Source: Alphaproteobacteria bacterium
GTDB lineage: Bacteria > Pseudomonadota > Alphaproteobacteria > MPNO01
Reading direction: 5' to 3'
Length of the DNA stretch: 64,000 nucleotides
NCBI GenBank assembly: GCA_965231875.1
Contig: CBDDOM010000003.1
Location: 417,899-481,898, forward strand
Shown here: positions 29,849 through 40,084 of the stretch, one piece after another
Layout of the letters: each line of letters starts with the position of its first letter
How positions within the stretch are numbered: the first letter of the stretch is position 1
Made by a program: the position numbers and the translations under genes
The notes under the pieces: model-generated
The model's database searches: none
What the model was told of the DNA's origin: nothing
Seen by the model: only the letters and a program-made list of their open reading frames with translations

Positions 29849-31084
29849 ATGGAACTCCCGACCGGCAACGAACAGTTTTTCCGGATGAGCGTCGATTCGT
29901 TCGACACCGACAAGGTGTTGGCGAACGCGGCGAAGCAGCGCGACAGACGCAATCTGCAGGACGTGCTGATTATCGATGTCGATTCGCACCACTACGAGAG
30001 CGAATCGATGGCCGAGATCATGGAATATATGGAGGATCCGGTCCTCCAGCAGCTCGCCCGCTCGGGCGGCCAGGTCGCCCAACGCGGCGGCGGCATGTTC
30101 GCGCTGGGCCGGGTCGGCTACCAGGACATTGGCGGAAGGGTGACCCGTTACCCGCTCAGGCGGATGGAGCAGACCCCCGCCGATGGCCTGCACCGGGACA
30201 TCCATCTCGGCCACCGCTGGATGGACGCGATGGGGGTCGACTACACCTGCATGTTCCCGACGCCGATGCTGGGGCTCGCGATGCACCCGCAACCGGAGGT
30301 CGAAAACCATCTGGCGCGGGCATACAACCGGTGGCTGGTCGAGCGCGTGCTGCCGGGTTCCTCGCGCATCAAGTCGATGCTCTACCTCCCCTTCAACGAC
30401 CACAACGCGGCGATGAAGATGGTGGAGGACTTCGCCGACTATCCCGGCGTGATCGGCTTCATGGTCACGTCGGTCCGGCACAAGCCGGTGCACGACAACG
30501 ACTACATGAAGATCTACCGCGCCGTGGAAGAGCGCGGGCTGCCGCTCGGCTTCCATTCGGGGTTCAACTGGGACGACCCGATGTTCCGCACCTCGAACCG
30601 GTTCATCGCCGTCCACGCGCTGGGCTTCACCTGGTACAACGTCGTCCACTGCACGAACTGGGTGGTCAACGGCCTCCCCGAACGGTTCCCCAACCTCAAG
30701 ACGATCTGGATCGAATCCGGCATCGCCTGGGTGCCGTGGCTGATGATGCGCCTCGACAACGAATACAGGATGCGGAGCTCGGAATGCCCGTCGCTCAAGC
30801 GGTTGCCGAGCGAGTACATGAAGGAGATGTACTACTCCACCCAGCCGATGGAGCGGCCCAACGAGGACTGGCTGCTGGAAGCGACCTTCAGGGCGATGGA
30901 CGCGGAGAACAGCCTCCTGTTCGCGACCGACTACCCGCACTGGGACATGGACCTGCCTGGCGTGATCTGGGACCTGCCGTTCCTCGACGACAAGGCCAAG
31001 CGCAAGATCCTGGGCGGGAACGCGCAGAAGGTCTTCAAGCTCGACGTCAGCGAGCGGTTCCCGCAACAGGTGGCGGCGGAGTAG
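29849..31084 (+). CDS. Amidohydrolase-fold metalloprotein (DYPHWD type; candidate dinuclear oxygenase subunit)
   Basis: DVDSHH, FPT, AYNRW, GFHSG, WIESG, ATDYPHWD; paralogue of 52217-53458. Confidence 0.85.
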   Translation: MELPTGNEQFFRMSVDSFDTDKVLANAAKQRDRRNLQDVLIIDVDSHHYESESMAEIMEYMEDPVLQQLARSGGQVAQRGGGMFALGRVGYQDIGGRVTRYPLRRMEQTPADGLHRDIHLGHRWMDAMGVDYTCMFPTPMLGLAMHPQPEVENHLARAYNRWLVERVLPGSSRIKSMLYLPFNDHNAAMKMVEDFADYPGVIGFMVTSVRHKPVHDNDYMKIYRAVEERGLPLGFHSGFNWDDPMFRTSNRFIAVHALGFTWYNVVHCTNWVVNGLPERFPNLKTIWIESGIAWVPWLMMRLDNEYRMRSSECPSLKRLPSEYMKEMYYSTQPMERPNEDWLLEATFRAMDAENSLLFATDYPHWDMDLPGVIWDLPFLDDKAKRKILGGNAQKVFKLDVSERFPQQVAAE

Positions 31085-31143
31085 CGAATACCGGCCGGTA
31101 ACGGCCGCGACACAGATCACGGTAATCGAGAACAGGGGCGCGT

Positions 31144-33240
31144 ATGGAAGCCGACATGCTCGGTATGGCCATCAAGGCCGCAACGATCATGGTCGATCCG
31201 GAACGGATCGGATTTCTGGCTCTCGGGGTGCTCATCGGATTGGTCCTGGGCGTGATTCCCGGGCTCGGCGGGTTGGTCGGCCTGTCGCTCCTGCTGCCGT
31301 TTACCTTCGACATGGATCCCTATACCGCGCTGGCCTTCCTGATGGGCCTGCAGGCGGTGGTCGTCACTTCGGACACGATACCGGCAGTGTTGTTCGGGGT
31401 GCCCGGGACGGTTGGATCGGCGGCGACGATTCTCGACGGCTATCCCATGGCCCGGAAGGGCGAAGCGGGGCGCGCGTTCGGCGCGGCGTTCTCCGCCTCG
31501 GTGATCGGCGGCCTCTACGGCGCTTTCCTGCTCGCGATCAGCGTGCCGATTCTGCGCCCGGTAATGCTCGAGATCGGTTCGCCCGAGCTCCTGTCGTTCT
31601 GTGTGTTCGGCCTTTCCCTGGCCGCGGTTCTGAGCGGCGGCACGCCGCTGAAGGGGCTGGCGGGGGCCTGTATTGGGCTCTTGGTGGCGACGGCCGGCGA
31701 CGACCCGCAGACCGGGACGCTGCGCTGGACCTTCGATTCGCTCTATCTCTGGGACGGCTTGCCCGTGGTTCCGCTGGCGCTCGGCCTGTTCGCGATTCCC
31801 GAGATCGCCGACATGGCCATCACGCGGCAGCGGATCGCCGTCGAGGGGCAGGTCAAGTCGGAGATGAGCCAGATCGCGGGCGTCCGGGATGTGTTCCGCA
31901 ACTGGTTCCTGTTGCTGCGCTGCGCCACCATCGGATCCAGCCTCGGCGCGGTGCCGGGCATCGGCGCCTCGGTGATCGACTGGATCGCCTACGGTCACGC
32001 GCTGCGCAGCGAGAAGGACACCGCCACCACCTTCGGCAAGGGCGACGTGCGCGGGGTCATCGCGTCGGAAAGCTCGAACAACGCCAAGGAAGGCGGGGCG
32101 CTGGTCCCGACGATCGCTTTCGGCGTGCCGGGCAGCGCGTCGATGGCGCTGATCCTGGGGGCGTTCCTGATCCACGGCCTGACGCCGGGGCCGGAGATGT
32201 TGACCAAGCATCTCGACGTCACCTACACGCTGGTCTGGTCGGTCGCCTTCGCCAACGTGATCGGCGCCGGGATCTGCTTCCTGTTTGCCAACCAGCTTGC
32301 CAAGGTCGCGCTGGTGCGCATCGGCATCCTGGCGCCCGTCGTGCTCGCCGTCGTCTTCGTCGGCGCCTTCCAGGGGTCTCGGCAATGGGGCGACATCTAT
32401 GCCCTGTTGATCTTCGGGTTCGTCGGTTGGGTGATGAAGCGCATGAAATGGCCGCGCCCGCCGCTGATCCTCGGCTTCGTCCTCGGCAACCTGATCGAGC
32501 GCTATCTGTTCATTTCGGTCGAGCGCTATGGCGCCGAGTGGCTGACCTTCCCGGTCGTCATGATCGTCTTCGCCCTCACGCTCTACGGAATCCTGCGGCC
32601 CATCCTGAAGGGGTACTTGGCGCGGCCGCGGGGAGGAGAGAGGCAACGCGCACGACTCGGCTTCCGGCCGGAGAGCATCAACCCCGATCTAGGCTTCGGA
32701 GTCCTGGTGCTCGCGTTGTTCGCGACATGCCTCGCGGTCTCTTCGCAATGGGAGTTCGGCGCCAGGCTGGTGCCGCAGGTCGTCGGGTGGGCGGGTCTGC
32801 TGTTCACGGCCTGGCTCATCCTGGCCGCGATGTTCGTGCGCCCGGTCCGGGTCGAGTCCACCGGGCTGCTGGCCGGAGCGCCGCAGGGAGAAGAGGGAGG
32901 ACCCACCACCGACGACGTGCATTTCGACATTCAGGCCGACTACGGCGACATGCCTCCCCGCACGATCTATCTGCGCGCCGCGCTCTATTTCGGCTGGCTC
33001 CTGTTATTCCTGGGCGCGGCCGCGTTGGTCGGCATCCTGCCCGCCATATTCCTCTTCCTCGTCGGCTACATGCGCTTCGAGGGGAAGGAGAGCTGGACGA
33101 CGACACTGGGGATCGCGATTCCGATGGGCATCTTCTGCTACTGGCTGTTCCACAAGATTCTGATCGTGCCGTGGCCGCAGACGGTGCTGGGCGACATATT
33201 CCCCGAACTCCGCTCCAGTGTCTGGCTCAACCTGTTCTAG
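31144..33240 (+). CDS. Tripartite tricarboxylate transporter TctA with fused C-terminal TctB-like domain
   Basis: GVIPGLGG, PGTVGSAATILDGYPMA, ESSNNAKEGG, GLTPGP; about 200 extra hydrophobic C-terminal residues. Confidence 0.88.
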   Translation: MEADMLGMAIKAATIMVDPERIGFLALGVLIGLVLGVIPGLGGLVGLSLLLPFTFDMDPYTALAFLMGLQAVVVTSDTIPAVLFGVPGTVGSAATILDGYPMARKGEAGRAFGAAFSASVIGGLYGAFLLAISVPILRPVMLEIGSPELLSFCVFGLSLAAVLSGGTPLKGLAGACIGLLVATAGDDPQTGTLRWTFDSLYLWDGLPVVPLALGLFAIPEIADMAITRQRIAVEGQVKSEMSQIAGVRDVFRNWFLLLRCATIGSSLGAVPGIGASVIDWIAYGHALRSEKDTATTFGKGDVRGVIASESSNNAKEGGALVPTIAFGVPGSASMALILGAFLIHGLTPGPEMLTKHLDVTYTLVWSVAFANVIGAGICFLFANQLAKVALVRIGILAPVVLAVVFVGAFQGSRQWGDIYALLIFGFVGWVMKRMKWPRPPLILGFVLGNLIERYLFISVERYGAEWLTFPVVMIVFALTLYGILRPILKGYLARPRGGERQRARLGFRPESINPDLGFGVLVLALFATCLAVSSQWEFGARLVPQVVGWAGLLFTAWLILAAMFVRPVRVESTGLLAGAPQGEEGGPTTDDVHFDIQADYGDMPPRTIYLRAALYFGWLLLFLGAAALVGILPAIFLFLVGYMRFEGKESWTTTLGIAIPMGIFCYWLFHKILIVPWPQTVLGDIFPELRSSVWLNLF

Positions 33241-33244
33241 CCGG

Positions 33245-34651
33245 CTAACCGCCGAGCCAGGGCAGCCAGACCGCCAATGCGGGGAAGATCACGATCAGCA
33301 GGGTGAGGAGCAGCGCGCACCCCATGAAGGGCAGCGCGGCCAGGCATATCTCGCTGAAGCGTGTGCCCGGCGGCGCCACCCCCTGCATGACGAACAGCAG
33401 CAGGCCAAAGGGCGGCGTGGTGAAGCTGATCTCCATCGCAAGCAGCATGATGACGGCGAACCAGATCAGCTTCATGTCCGCCGCCAGACCGAAATCGAGG
33501 CCCTGCACGATCGGGAAGAAGATCGGCACCGTCAGCAGCATCATGGCGAGCTGATCCATGAACATGCCGAGAAGCAGCAGGATGCCGAACATCATCAGCA
33601 GCATGACGTAAGGCGAAACCTCGAAGCTCGCGACCCAGGCGATCAATGCCGCGCTCGATCCCGAGGCCGCCAGCACGTTGGAAAAAAGCGACGACCCGAA
33701 CAGGATCATCAGCGCGATCACCGTCACCCGCCCGGCGCCCCAAAGCGATTTCCACATCGCCGCCGCGAAGAGCGGCCCGAAGGCAAGGGCCTGCCGGAAA
33801 TCGCCGCGCAGCAGCGGCACCACGAACAGATAGCCCACCGCCAGCAGGATCACGCCGACCGAGCCATAGGCGGCGGCTTCCGACGGCGTCGCCACCCCGC
33901 CCATGATCAAGCCGATCACGAAACCGATGATCGAGATCATCGGCAGGACATCGAACGCGAACAGCATGATGCGCCGGCTCACCGGCACGGTCTCGATCTC
34001 GTAGGACGGCGCGGCCTCCGGGTCGAGGGTCGCGCGGATGAAGATCAGGATGGCGTAGAAGACGGCCAGCAGCAGTCCCGGCACGATCCCGGCGATGAGC
34101 AGCCTGCCTATGTCGATCTCGGCCAGGGTGCCGAGCAGCACGGCGAGCGCCGAGGGCGGAATCAGCATGGCGAGGCCGCCGGTCCCGAGGATCGGCCCGA
34201 TCGACATGCTCTTCTTGTAGCCGCGCGAGGTCATCTCGGGGACCATCAGCGTGCCGAGCAGGGCGGTCGAGCCCATCGAAGAGCCGGACAGGGTGGCGAA
34301 GGCGGTGCCCCCCGCGACGGTGACGTAGGACAACCGCGCGGGAACCCGGCCCATCAGCTTCTCGACGGCGTTGAACATGCGGTTGGCGAGGCCGGTATGG
34401 AAGAACAGCTCGCCCATCAGCAGAAACATCGGAATCGGCACGATGGCGAAGATCGTCATGTTGCCGAACGCGTTGTCGACATGCTGGCCGATGGCCGACT
34501 GGACCCGCGTATCGAAATCGCCGAAACGGCCGAAAATGAAGAAGGCGGCGACCGTATTGACCGCGATGAACGCGATACCGACCGGCAGTCCGGCGAACAT
34601 CAGCAGCAGAATGGAGCCAAACAGTGCCAGAAGGATCCAGTACCACTCCAT
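33245..34651 (-). CDS. TRAP transporter large permease (DctM family)
   Basis: IPMFLLMGELF, LIPPS, ATPSEAAA, TTPPFG. Confidence 0.93.
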   Translation of the reverse strand: MEWYWILLALFGSILLLMFAGLPVGIAFIAVNTVAAFFIFGRFGDFDTRVQSAIGQHVDNAFGNMTIFAIVPIPMFLLMGELFFHTGLANRMFNAVEKLMGRVPARLSYVTVAGGTAFATLSGSSMGSTALLGTLMVPEMTSRGYKKSMSIGPILGTGGLAMLIPPSALAVLLGTLAEIDIGRLLIAGIVPGLLLAVFYAILIFIRATLDPEAAPSYEIETVPVSRRIMLFAFDVLPMISIIGFVIGLIMGGVATPSEAAAYGSVGVILLAVGYLFVVPLLRGDFRQALAFGPLFAAAMWKSLWGAGRVTVIALMILFGSSLFSNVLAASGSSAALIAWVASFEVSPYVMLLMMFGILLLLGMFMDQLAMMLLTVPIFFPIVQGLDFGLAADMKLIWFAVIMLLAMEISFTTPPFGLLLFVMQGVAPPGTRFSEICLAALPFMGCALLLTLLIVIFPALAVWLPWLGG

Positions 34652-35224
34652 TCAGCGGGCTTCCGTCAGGCTGCGCTTGGTCTCCTCGAGTTCGATCCGT
34701 TCGTTGCCGACACCGGCCTCGCCGCTGTGCATGGTCTGCCGGCCGAAGACGAATCGAAGAAATTCGACGGCCATGAACAGGAAGCCCACGGGATAGACGA
34801 TGGTGATCGTCCACAGGCGCATGCCGCGGTCGTCGCGCAGCTCGTCGAAGGCGAGCGGGTCTTCCAGATGCTCGAGGAATATGCCCCAGGTGTACCAGAC
34901 CCAGACCAGGCAGATCGCGGCGCAAAGCGCGGCGATGCCGCGGGACAGCACTGCCCGGTTCCGGTCCGGTACGGCCGCCGTCAGCAGTTCGATATAGACA
35001 TGCCCCCGGGTCCGAACGAGCCAAGGCGAGCCCAGGAAAAGGATGTAGAGGAAACCGTACTCGATCAGCGTGAAGACGAACTGGTTGTAGGCCCAGCCCG
35101 CGCTGCGGAAGATCGTCACATAGACGATCGCCAGCATGATAAAGCCGACATAGAGCGCGGCCAGCGCCATCATGACCCACAACAGGCCGGCCCAGACCCT
35201 GTCTGCGGCGCGTAAAACGCTCAT
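34652..35224 (-). CDS. TRAP transporter small permease (DctQ family)
   Basis: Four TM segments, GHVYIELL, between DctP and DctM. Confidence 0.85.
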   Translation of the reverse strand: MSVLRAADRVWAGLLWVMMALAALYVGFIMLAIVYVTIFRSAGWAYNQFVFTLIEYGFLYILFLGSPWLVRTRGHVYIELLTAAVPDRNRAVLSRGIAALCAAICLVWVWYTWGIFLEHLEDPLAFDELRDDRGMRLWTITIVYPVGFLFMAVEFLRFVFGRQTMHSGEAGVGNERIELEETKRSLTEAR

Positions 35225-35287
35225 CCGCCGCCGCTCCGGGCCCTCATGACGGCTCCCCCGGAGCGGGAAGCCGCGATCGGGAAGCTC

Positions 35288-36298
35288 CTATTGCTGCTGC
35301 CAGAGCTCGCGCAGCTTGGCGACGTGTTCGGTCGGGCGTTTTGCCTTCTTCAACCGGTCCGTCATGCGGGCATAGGCCGAATCGATCGCGAGTTTCGAAT
35401 AGACCGCGGCGGCCGGCACCGTGTGGAATTTCATGCCTTCCTTGGCCAGCGTCGCCCGCTCTTTCTTCGACTCGTCGAGCAGGACTTTCCGCACCGCCTT
35501 TTCGTTCGCGATCACCATGTCCTGGACCAGCTTGCGGAGTCCGGCATCGAGGCTGTTCCACTTCTTCAGGTTTATGAACCAGCCGATATCGGTGTGATAG
35601 AACTCCGGCTCCACGGCGTGGCGCAGGAACTTGTCCCATTTCAGGCCTTTCAGGCCGATGGTGGCCCAGGCGGCGGCGTTCACCACGCCCTTCTCCAGAG
35701 CGGAATAGACCTGAGTCGCCGGAAGCGGGTGGGTCGTCGCGTTCATCGCCCGGAAGAAAGCGCCGTAAATCGGGTTGTCGCGCAGTTTCACGCCGGCAAG
35801 ATCCAGCATGCCCTTGTCGTTGAATTTCGGCGCTTTCTCCATGTAGATCCGGAAGCGCCCGCCCGACGAGGTCCAGCCCAGGTTCTTCACCCCGAAATAT
35901 TTCTGCTGGATTTCGTCCAGCATTTCGAGGCCGCCATTGGCGCGGACGGTCTCGGGATTCGAGGCGGAGGTCGAGACCGCCTCGTTCTCCGGCACCGCCC
36001 GGGCGAAGAAGGCGTAGGGTATGCACATCATGTCGACCCGGCCCTTGCGGACGGCGGGCGGCTGCTGGAACATCTTGATCGAGTTGAACGGCAGCACCTC
36101 GATCGACAGCTTGCCCTTCGCTGCCGCCGTGATGTCGGCGGCGAGCTGCTTGCACTGCTTGGTGTAGATCAGGAAATCCGGGAACGGATAAACCATGTTG
36201 AGCTTCACTTCAGCGGACGCCTTGGGGGCGCCGGCTGTCAGGACAGCAGCCATCCCGGCCGCGGCCAGGAGTGCTCCAACAGGCTTCGATCTCAGCAT
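35288..36298 (-). CDS. TRAP transporter substrate-binding protein (DctP family)
   Basis: Signal peptide, GVKLR, VYSALEKGVV. Confidence 0.88.
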   Translation of the reverse strand: MLRSKPVGALLAAAGMAAVLTAGAPKASAEVKLNMVYPFPDFLIYTKQCKQLAADITAAAKGKLSIEVLPFNSIKMFQQPPAVRKGRVDMMCIPYAFFARAVPENEAVSTSASNPETVRANGGLEMLDEIQQKYFGVKNLGWTSSGGRFRIYMEKAPKFNDKGMLDLAGVKLRDNPIYGAFFRAMNATTHPLPATQVYSALEKGVVNAAAWATIGLKGLKWDKFLRHAVEPEFYHTDIGWFINLKKWNSLDAGLRKLVQDMVIANEKAVRKVLLDESKKERATLAKEGMKFHTVPAAAVYSKLAIDSAYARMTDRLKKAKRPTEHVAKLRELWQQQ

Positions 36299-36443
36299 GG
36301 CAGGTCTTCTCCCTTTCCGGTGTCGGGCGATAGTCCCATAGCGGACCGCCAGGGGACAAGGACGCGTGCCCGGTGCGTCCGGCGCTCCGATCCGGCGGCG
36401 GCGGGCGGGGCGGTTGCCCCGCCCGCGATCTCGGATAATCGCT

Positions 36444-37466
36444 CTACTTGAAGCCGAAGGCGGTTTTCATCTTGGCGACCAGTTCGGGCGAGACCTTCAA
36501 CCCTTCGTTGACGACCTTGACCAGCTCCTCGCCCGGGATCGCCGCGACCGGTGCGCGCCGCTTCTTGGCGTCGGCCAGAAATGCCGGGTCCTTCATCGTC
36601 GCCATGAACGAGGCGCGGAGCGCCGCCACCCGGTCCTTCGGCACCTCGGGCGCGACCCAGAAACCCATCCCGATCAGCTCGCAGACCTCGATGAAATTGA
36701 CCATCTTCTTGCCGTCTTCCGACTTCACGAGGTCCCCGATGCTGGGTACGTCCGGAAGCTCCGGAATGCGCGGACCGTACTGGATCAGGTGCTTGAGCTT
36801 GCCGGTCTTGAGCCAGTCGTTCTTGATCGTCGTCCAGCCGGTCCAGTAGTTCATCCGGCCGTGCACCTCGCCCTGCGCCATCGCCTTGTTGATCGAGGCG
36901 CCGCCCTTGTAGCCCTTGACGATCTTGAACTTGGTGCCGAGCAGGTGGTTCATCAGTTTTGGCATCAGGTAGGTCTCGGAACCGAAACCGGTCGAGCCCA
37001 TGATGACTTCTGTCTTCTTCACCCCGTCCAGCGTGGTGGCCGGCGCGTTGTGGAACACCGAGACTACGCTCGGACGCTGGGTGATCGATCCGAGCCACTG
37101 GAACTTGGTGGCGTCGAATTTGACGTTGCGGAGGATCGGCGCGAGGACCGAAGGAGCCAGCACCTCGGCGATCGTCGTCCCGTCCTTGGGCGCGGCATTG
37201 TAGACATAGGCGGCGCCCTTCGTGCCGCCGCCGCCCGGGCGCGACTGCACGATCACGGTCGGCTTGCCGGGAATATGATTGCCCCAGTGCTCCGCCAGCA
37301 GGCGGCCGTAGAGCCCGAGCGAGGCGCCGAGCCCGGCGGGGACCACGATGGTCACGGTTCTGTCCTTGTAGAAGCCCGCGACATCGGCCGAAGCCGACCC
37401 GGTCACACCGATCGCGAGTGCGCCGGCGGCAACCGCCAGCGCTCTGGTTGCGCGTTTGAACGGCAT
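36444..37466 (-). CDS. TTT family substrate-binding protein (TctC/Bug)
   Basis: FYKDRTVTIVV, PGGGG, APKDGTTI, GYKGG, QGEVHG, LPDVPS. Confidence 0.88.
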   Translation of the reverse strand: MPFKRATRALAVAAGALAIGVTGSASADVAGFYKDRTVTIVVPAGLGASLGLYGRLLAEHWGNHIPGKPTVIVQSRPGGGGTKGAAYVYNAAPKDGTTIAEVLAPSVLAPILRNVKFDATKFQWLGSITQRPSVVSVFHNAPATTLDGVKKTEVIMGSTGFGSETYLMPKLMNHLLGTKFKIVKGYKGGASINKAMAQGEVHGRMNYWTGWTTIKNDWLKTGKLKHLIQYGPRIPELPDVPSIGDLVKSEDGKKMVNFIEVCELIGMGFWVAPEVPKDRVAALRASFMATMKDPAFLADAKKRRAPVAAIPGEELVKVVNEGLKVSPELVAKMKTAFGFK

Positions 37467-37661
37467 CTTCTGCTCCTTGTTCGTTCTCGTCGCCGAAACG
37501 TCTCTAGCCGAGGCTAAGGATACGCTTGGCGTCGCCCCCGCGCAAAACCCGACCCGCCGGTTGTCACGGTCCGAAGGGCTGCATAGATTGCCGATCGCTT
37601 GGCTGTCGAATGAATCGTTTCCCGCGCGCCCGCACGGCGAGGCGGAAGGAGTCCATCTCCC

Positions 37662-39356
37662 ATGTCATTGCCGGCGCGGGGCTACCGCGACCTCCACGAA
37701 CACATCTCCGCGTTGCGCGAAGCCGGCCTGCTGATCGAGGTCCACCGGCGGATCAACAAGGATACCGAGATGCATCCTCTGGTCCGCTGGCAGTTCCGCG
37801 GCGGGATCGATGCCGAGGACCGCAAGGCGTTCCTGTTCACCAACGTGACCGATTCCAAGGGGCGGGAGTTCGACATTCCGGTCCTGGTATGCGGCCTGGC
37901 CGCCAACAGCCAAGTCTACGAGATGGGCATGGGCGTCCCGCTCGCCGAGATCAAGGAGAACTGGATCCGGGCGATGAACGCCCCGATCGAGCCCAACACG
38001 GTCGACGACGCGCCGTGCCACGAGGTCGTCCATCGCGATGGCGACCTGCTCAACGGAAGCGGGCTCGACGCGCTTCCCGTGCCGATCTCCTCGCCAGGAT
38101 GGGACAACGCGCCCTACACGACCTCTTCCCATTTCATCACCAAGGATCCAGAGACCGGCGTCCAGAACATGGGCAACTATCGCGGGATGCTGAAGGCGCC
38201 CAACCGGATCGGCATGAACCCTTCGATCGAACTCCGGACGGGCGGTTACATGCACTGGGAGGAGTGGAAAAAACGCGGCGAGCCCATGCCGTGCGCCATC
38301 GTCCTCGGCTGTCCGCCCGTGGTGTCCTTCACGGCCGTCCAGAAGATGCCGGAGAAGCTCGACGAGCTCTGGGTCTCCGGCGGGCTGGTGGGCAAGCCGT
38401 TGAACGTCGTCAAGGCGCAGACGGTCGACCTGCTGGTCCCGGCCGAGGCGGAGGTGGTGATCGAGGGCTTCGTGTCTACCGAACTTCTGGAGCCCGAGGC
38501 CCCGTTCGGCGAGAGTCACGGCCACGTCAATTTGCAGGAATATAACGGCTACGTCGACGTAACCGCGATCACCAGGCGTCGGGACGCGGTGATCACCTCA
38601 TGGGTGAGCCAGGTGACGCCGTCCGAATCGAGCGCCATCAAGCGGCCGGCCTACGAGGCGGCGCAAATCGAGCATCTGCGCGATCATCTCGGTATCAAGG
38701 GCGTGAAGCACGTCGCCACCCACGAGCCGCTGACCTCGCTCCACAAGCTGATTGTGGTCGTCGTCGAACGCGAGATTCCCCGCACCGAGATCTGGCGCGC
38801 GCTCTACGGCGTCGCTTCGCTGCGACGCGCCGAGGGCAAGTGGGTCATCGCGGTCAACGAGGACATCGACCCGGACGACACCAACGCGGTGTTCTGGGCG
38901 ATGTCCTACCGATCGAAGCCGCACCGCGATGTCGAGATCCTCAAGCACAAGGACGAGGGGCACGGCCCGCGCAGCCTGATCGACAGCGAGGACAGCGCTG
39001 TGCTGGTGGATGCAACGCTCAAGGAGACTTTCCCGCCGGTTTCGCTGCCCAAGCGCCAGTATATGGAGGCGGCGGCCGAGATCTGGAACGAGCTCGGCCT
39101 GCCGAAGCTCAAGCCCGAGCGGCCCTGGTTCGGCTATGATCTCGGCGAGTGGAACGAGGATCTGGAAATGATGGCGCGCCGTGCCGTGCGCAGCGAATAC
39201 TGGGAAACCGGGCGGATCATCGCCCAGCGCCGCCGGGGCGATGTTTCGATGAACACCGAGGTTCGGACGCTCGACGAGGGAAATCCCGGGGCGAGCGGTT
39301 CGGGAAGCGAGGAGGGAGAGCTCACATGGGACGGCTTGACGGACGCGTCGCGATAG
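37662..39356 (+). CDS. UbiD family prFMN-dependent (de)carboxylase, paralogue 1
   Basis: LFTNV, LPVP, TKDPETGVQNMGNYR, EVVIEG, EAPFGESHG, VNEDIDP, DAT. Confidence 0.92.
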   Translation: MSLPARGYRDLHEHISALREAGLLIEVHRRINKDTEMHPLVRWQFRGGIDAEDRKAFLFTNVTDSKGREFDIPVLVCGLAANSQVYEMGMGVPLAEIKENWIRAMNAPIEPNTVDDAPCHEVVHRDGDLLNGSGLDALPVPISSPGWDNAPYTTSSHFITKDPETGVQNMGNYRGMLKAPNRIGMNPSIELRTGGYMHWEEWKKRGEPMPCAIVLGCPPVVSFTAVQKMPEKLDELWVSGGLVGKPLNVVKAQTVDLLVPAEAEVVIEGFVSTELLEPEAPFGESHGHVNLQEYNGYVDVTAITRRRDAVITSWVSQVTPSESSAIKRPAYEAAQIEHLRDHLGIKGVKHVATHEPLTSLHKLIVVVVEREIPRTEIWRALYGVASLRRAEGKWVIAVNEDIDPDDTNAVFWAMSYRSKPHRDVEILKHKDEGHGPRSLIDSEDSAVLVDATLKETFPPVSLPKRQYMEAAAEIWNELGLPKLKPERPWFGYDLGEWNEDLEMMARRAVRSEYWETGRIIAQRRRGDVSMNTEVRTLDEGNPGASGSGSEEGELTWDGLTDASR

Positions 39357-40084
39357 TCACCGGCGCGGCGCAGGGAATCGGCGCCGCGTTCGCCCGCGCC
39401 ATGGCGGCGGAGGGCGCGAGGATCGCCATCGCGGACCTCGATTCCGGGGCCGGCATCGTCGAGGAATTGAAGGCGGGCGGCGCCGAGGCCATCGACGTGC
39501 CGACCGACGTCGCGGATGAGGACTCCTGCATGACGATGGTCGCGCGCACCGTGGAGGCGTTCGGCGGGCTCGACATCATCGTCAACAACGCCGCCGTCTT
39601 CACCACCGTAGAGCGCAAGGCTTTCGACGAGATCACGGTCGAGGAATGGGACCAGGTGCTCGCCGTCAACACCAAGGGCGTCTGGCTCTGCTGCAAGGCG
39701 GCCGCGCCGGAGATGCGCAAGAGAAAATACGGCAAGATCATCTCGATCTGCACCGGACGCATCTTCAAGGGCTCGCCCTTCTTCCTGCACTACGACGCTT
39801 CCAAGGCCGCCGTCCTGGGCATCACCCGTTCGCTCGCCCGCGAGCTCGGCGACGACAACATTTCCGTGAACGCGATCGCGCCCGGCTCGACGATGTCGGA
39901 GAACGTCTTGAAGCGGACCAACTGGATGGGCGGCGGACCGGAGCGCACGCGCGCGACGCGGGCGATCAAGGAGGACGAGACGCCGGAGGACCTGATCGGC
40001 GCCTGCGTCTATCTCGCGTCGGCCGACAGCGACTTCGTGACGGGCCAGACCATCGTCGTCGATGGCGGCTCGGCCATGTGGTAG
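39326..40084 (+). CDS. Short-chain dehydrogenase/reductase
   Basis: TGAAQGIG, VNNAA, YDASK, VNAIAPG, TGQTIVVDGG; GGAG-rich RBS before ATG 39326. Confidence 0.93.
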   Translation: MGRLDGRVAIVTGAAQGIGAAFARAMAAEGARIAIADLDSGAGIVEELKAGGAEAIDVPTDVADEDSCMTMVARTVEAFGGLDIIVNNAAVFTTVERKAFDEITVEEWDQVLAVNTKGVWLCCKAAAPEMRKRKYGKIISICTGRIFKGSPFFLHYDASKAAVLGITRSLARELGDDNISVNAIAPGSTMSENVLKRTNWMGGGPERTRATRAIKEDETPEDLIGACVYLASADSDFVTGQTIVVDGGSAMW

